A stretch of DNA of 64,000 nucleotides, taken from Candidatus Poribacteria bacterium. GTDB lineage: Bacteria > Poribacteria > WGA-4E > PCPOR2b. The notes under the pieces were generated by a model. That model was not told the DNA's origin. It made no database searches and worked only from the letters and a program-made list of their open reading frames with translations. Shown here one piece after another: positions 60,320 to 64,000 of the stretch; position 1 is the first letter of the stretch; each line of letters opens with the position of its first letter. The stretch covers positions 3,936,001 through 4,000,000 of the forward strand of contig OZ220744.1 in the NCBI GenBank assembly GCA_965116925.1, written 5' to 3'. The position numbers were made by a program, and so were the translations under genes.

Positions 60320-61633
60320 ATGAGTAAAGAACGTAAATTCACACATAGTGGAACTGACGATGAGCGAGCGAATGAGTTGGAGTTTGAAGATAACGATGAA
60401 TTCCTGTCAGTACCCACCGATAGAACGAATGAAGTTAATGATGAAGAGGACTCTATTGCGGAAGATACAACAGAGGATAGTCTGATTTCTTCTTTTCGCC
60501 GACGTAGCGATGTTGCTGACGGTAACCGAGATGAGGCGTTTTCTTATCTGCAGGAGATTGCTCGTACGCCCCTGCTTACCCCCGAAGAAGAGGTTGAACT
60601 GTTTCAAAAGTTTGAAGATGGGAAACAGAAGGTAACGGCGTTACTGCATCAGCTGCCGCTTTGTATCTTAGAGCGGGTACGTCCAAAAACCGGTCGCCGA
60701 CGCGGTGCCAAACAGAAAGAAACGAACGGAATTTGGTGGAGTCCAATGCACGTTGCTACGCTTTTGGAACAAATTCAAAAGGAAGTCAAGGTTTACCAAA
60801 AGCACGTTAAGGCGGATGTCACAATGACACCAGACGATCAGGTTGAAGAGTGTGAACGCCTTGAGACGCTGGAGGCCGACTTGCACGACGCTGTTGAAAT
60901 CATCCAAAAAGCGAAGCGGAAAATTGTTGAGGCAAACCTACTGCTTGTTGCAAGTATTGCCAAACAGCATAATTTCAACAAATCATCACTTTCGTTCCTC
61001 GACCTGATGCAGGAGGGAAGTGTTGGCTTGATGAAGGCTGTGGAGAAATTCGATCTCGCAAGAGGGTATCGCTTCAGTACTTACGCAACATGGTGGATCA
61101 TGCAAGCGATTAAGCGCGCATTAGATCAGCAGAGCCAGACCATTCGTATTCCCTGTTACGTTGGGGAAACTCGGCGATCTATCAAGCAGGCACAGAGCAA
61201 GCTCGCTAGAGATCTCGAACGTGAGCCGGGCATCAAAGATGTCGCGGAAGCGGTAGGGATGCCTGAAAGCCGTGTCATCGAAATTCTCCAAAGCACGAAG
61301 GGGACAATTTCGCTGGATTCACCCCTAAGTGAATCTTCACCCGATGCAACGATTTCTGACTTACTAGCTGATGATTCGCAGGTGACTCCTGAGGAAGAAT
61401 TGCTCTCTAATTCAGAGAAAGAGTCGCTTGAAACGGTCCTCGGTACATTAGCGGGTCGTGAAACGCTTGTAATCAAGCTGCGCTACGGTTTGACCGATGG
61501 GACGGAGTACACCCTTGCTGAGATTGGACGGCGCCTTGGCATCAGCCGGGAAAGGGTCCGTCAAATTGAAGACGAGGCACTTCGGAAATTGCGTCATCAT
61601 ACGCGAGTGCAGTACCTTCAGGAACTTCTCTAA
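60320..61633 (+). CDS. RNA polymerase sigma70 factor, RpoD/SigA-like
   Basis: YLQEI..TPLLT.EEE, DLMQEG..GLMKAVEKFD, RFSTYATWWI, TLAEIG...SRERVRQIE. Confidence 0.92.
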   Translation: MSKERKFTHSGTDDERANELEFEDNDEFLSVPTDRTNEVNDEEDSIAEDTTEDSLISSFRRRSDVADGNRDEAFSYLQEIARTPLLTPEEEVELFQKFEDGKQKVTALLHQLPLCILERVRPKTGRRRGAKQKETNGIWWSPMHVATLLEQIQKEVKVYQKHVKADVTMTPDDQVEECERLETLEADLHDAVEIIQKAKRKIVEANLLLVASIAKQHNFNKSSLSFLDLMQEGSVGLMKAVEKFDLARGYRFSTYATWWIMQAIKRALDQQSQTIRIPCYVGETRRSIKQAQSKLARDLEREPGIKDVAEAVGMPESRVIEILQSTKGTISLDSPLSESSPDATISDLLADDSQVTPEEELLSNSEKESLETVLGTLAGRETLVIKLRYGLTDGTEYTLAEIGRRLGISRERVRQIEDEALRKLRHHTRVQYLQELL

Positions 61634-62466
61634 CCTTCCAAAGGTCTTTCACCTTCATAGACCGATTCGTTTGAGTAACGATGGAGTATCTGTTGTACAA
61701 GAGTTAGGTTGCCAGCGAACAGGCCCGTAGGCTGCCTAACTCCCTTTTTATTGTATCTTATGGTCTGACCTGCCTTATCCCACAAGACGCCGCCGGCTTC
61801 CCGCAAGATGAGATCACCTGCACAGAAATCCCATTCGTTTTTAGGCCGCACAGTAACATAGAGATCCCCTATTCCTGCCGCAAGTTTTGCCAGTTTATAG
61901 GTGACGCTGCCGATATATTGGATTTCTGCGACTAGTGGGACTAGCCCTGCTAACACTCCTTTTTGATGTTCGGTCTGGCTCACAAGCATGGTTGCTCGTT
62001 TTAGAGTTAGGCATGTCGAGCAGCGAATCGGCGTTGTGTTACAAAATGCACCGCCGCCGGCATAAGCATAAAAGAGTTCTGCTGTGGCGGGATTGTGCAA
62101 TACACCGATAACTGGCATTCCATCAATCACGAGGGCAATCGAAATCGCAAATTCGGGGATGCCTGCGATGAATTCCTCTGTGCCGTCAATGGGATCGACA
62201 ACCCACACGCGGGATTTTGCCAATCGGTCGGAAGAATCCTCTGTTTCCTCAGAGAGCCATCCATCGTCAGGAAAAGTATGGTAGATGATCTCTCGAATCC
62301 GCTGATTTGTCATCAGGTCAGCGGTGGTAACGGGGTTATTGGCACTTTTTTCACGAATGCCGTAGCTGCCCTGATAATATTTCATCGCGATTTTACCCGC
62401 TTCTTTGGCTGCCTGTATGGCAGTTTCGAGCTCTTTCTGCAACGTGCTCTCCTCTATACGCACCAA
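61630..62466 (-). CDS. Inositol monophosphatase family (CysQ-like) phosphatase
   Basis: VTTAD, LSEE, WVVDPIDGT, EWD..AG. Confidence 0.9.
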   Translation of the reverse strand: MVRIEESTLQKELETAIQAAKEAGKIAMKYYQGSYGIREKSANNPVTTADLMTNQRIREIIYHTFPDDGWLSEETEDSSDRLAKSRVWVVDPIDGTEEFIAGIPEFAISIALVIDGMPVIGVLHNPATAELFYAYAGGGAFCNTTPIRCSTCLTLKRATMLVSQTEHQKGVLAGLVPLVAEIQYIGSVTYKLAKLAAGIGDLYVTVRPKNEWDFCAGDLILREAGGVLWDKAGQTIRYNKKGVRQPTGLFAGNLTLVQQILHRYSNESVYEGERPLEG

Positions 62467-62475
62467 TTTGCGTGA

Positions 62476-63702
62476 TTACCTTGCCTGCATCCAGCTAGCG
62501 GTGAAATCTTCGACGCTGAAATCGGTGGGCATCTCATTGAAGTGATACCGCGACGGACGGTTCTCATATCCGGGGGCGGCGGCTTCAACATCCGATTGGA
62601 TGCGGGCATCAACCGGTTTGAACCGGTCCCACAAGGTTCGCGCTTCTTCAAAAGAGAATCGATCTGCAAGAGGTAGCCCCCATTGGAGCGTTATCGGATG
62701 TGATCGAATTGTCGAGTCACGGGTTTCCTGCGGTAGATTTTCAAAATTGGGATGTTTACATTCATATACGCGTTTGGCGATCTTGCTTAGGTATACTGTT
62801 GAGAGCATTTTGCCCTTCTCGCCCCTGCCCGGATGGAGTTTTTCGAGACTCGCGTGGTAGGCGGCAGCATCTTTTTCAATGGCGGCTCGAAGTATTGATT
62901 CGGTGTGCGTTATCATCTGATTACTGTTCTGTATCCAGCGGTCAAATGTCGCTTGGGCAGCGGTTGACAGATATTTCATATAATTCTGATTTTCGTACTG
63001 GGTGAAAGTTGAAAAACCACCGTGAATTGTGCGCCGCATTTTGGTACTATAGTTGCTGCCCCAATGTAAAATCGGCAGAATGTAAGCCACGCCATCACCC
63101 GCATTGAGGTGCGTCTGAACGCCACAGGGAAACGGGATATGACGATTTGTCCGCAGTAGTTCATTTTCTCGCGCCGTGTTGAGACGCGCGTGGCTGCCGG
63201 GTACCACCCATAGTACCTCATCGTCGTAGAGACAGAGATTCCACTGCACATATCTTGGCCCCGACTCGATGATATCGTCCACATAACCTTGCAACGGCGC
63301 ACCGTAAGGGGGATATAAATCACGGTGCCAATGGGCGGGGCCTCGATCTCGTACCGGGTTACACATCAACATCATCTCCGTGACCGCTGCATCTGACACC
63401 CCCAACAACTCGCTGCTGGCACCTTGTGTGTTTTCATGAAGCCAGATCTCCACAGCACTGGCAGTATCTTTATCTATCAAGTCTGCGAGCGGATTTCGGT
63501 GCAGGAGCAGTCGCGGTTGAGCAGAGGTCTCCCACACACCGCCGGGTGGGTCGTCCGGCTCGCGTTCCTGTGCCCAGATTACTTTTTGCCGTTCAACTAG
63601 AATCTCGTAGCTTGTACGCAGCGCATCTAGTTCATCTGCCGGAATGACGTTGCGTAGGACAACATATCCCTCCTCAAGGAATCGATTACGATCCATTTTC
63701 AT
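62476..63702 (-). CDS. PhyH family dioxygenase with C-terminal extension
   Basis: FLEEGYV, WHRD, VPGSH, LHWGS. Confidence 0.82.
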   Translation of the reverse strand: MKMDRNRFLEEGYVVLRNVIPADELDALRTSYEILVERQKVIWAQEREPDDPPGGVWETSAQPRLLLHRNPLADLIDKDTASAVEIWLHENTQGASSELLGVSDAAVTEMMLMCNPVRDRGPAHWHRDLYPPYGAPLQGYVDDIIESGPRYVQWNLCLYDDEVLWVVPGSHARLNTARENELLRTNRHIPFPCGVQTHLNAGDGVAYILPILHWGSNYSTKMRRTIHGGFSTFTQYENQNYMKYLSTAAQATFDRWIQNSNQMITHTESILRAAIEKDAAAYHASLEKLHPGRGEKGKMLSTVYLSKIAKRVYECKHPNFENLPQETRDSTIRSHPITLQWGLPLADRFSFEEARTLWDRFKPVDARIQSDVEAAAPGYENRPSRYHFNEMPTDFSVEDFTASWMQAR

Positions 63703-63751
63703 GACAAGGTTTCCTTTCGCTGCGGCTTGTGTGGTGTAATTTGTGAATAAT

Positions 63752-63859
63752 CGTAGTAGATTTTAGAATTAATGAGACGCTCCAAATCGGCGCAGTTGGA
63801 AACAGCGCCTACCAAATATGGGGAGCGAAAGTATCTATTTATTTTTTGAATTCACTATA
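63752..63859. mobile_element. MITE family A
   Basis: Close match to 41815..41921. Confidence 0.8.
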
Positions 63860-63908
63860 ATATACTCGCGCAGATCGTCAATTGGATTATCTATACGGTC
63901 AATGGGGT

Positions 63909-64000
63909 TTATCCGTGCACCCACGGTTCTATCCATTCCTCTTTGATCTCCATGCCGAATCCCGGCGCGTCCGAAGGAATTAAGCAGCCATCCTTCGGCA
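63909..64000 (-). CDS. 3' end of an enolase-superfamily dehydratase (partial, runs off the window)
   Basis: PKDGCLIPSDAPGFGMEIKEEWIEPWVHG-stop. Confidence 0.65.
   Translation of the reverse strand, partial: PKDGCLIPSDAPGFGMEIKEEWIEPWVHG

Overview
Bacterial chromosomal window. Its gene content strongly resembles Candidatus Poribacteria (inference): LamG proteins ending in a SVEP..KLTTTWG.LK tail, five PhyH/2OG-Fe(II) oxygenases and five paralogous ~650-aa polytopic membrane proteins. Recognisable housekeeping genes are queE, uppP, moeB, phhB, secA, sppA, an LpxL-like acyltransferase, an MsbA-like ABC transporter and a sigma70 factor. Main oddities: (1) a rhodanese-MoeB fusion whose conserved E1 cysteine codon is an in-frame TGA followed by a SECIS-like hairpin (probable selenoprotein, split in the ORF track); (2) a 340-aa LAGLIDADG intein inside the QueE CxxxCxxC motif; (3) a tandem array of seven mosaic LamG paralogs with hypervariable loops; (4) a 514-bp protein-free IS200/IS605 element with intact ends, a near-consensus promoter and a likely omegaRNA; (5) an FGE-fold lipoprotein whose 3' end has a DGR variable-region codon signature; (6) a ~74-aa extra domain in SecA; (7) a bacterial Clp1-type kinase; (8) several MITE wrapper families carrying interchangeable REP-like palindromes, one nested inside another. 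I saw no rRNA, tRNA, CRISPR array or transposase gene. All family assignments come from motif recognition by eye, not database searches.
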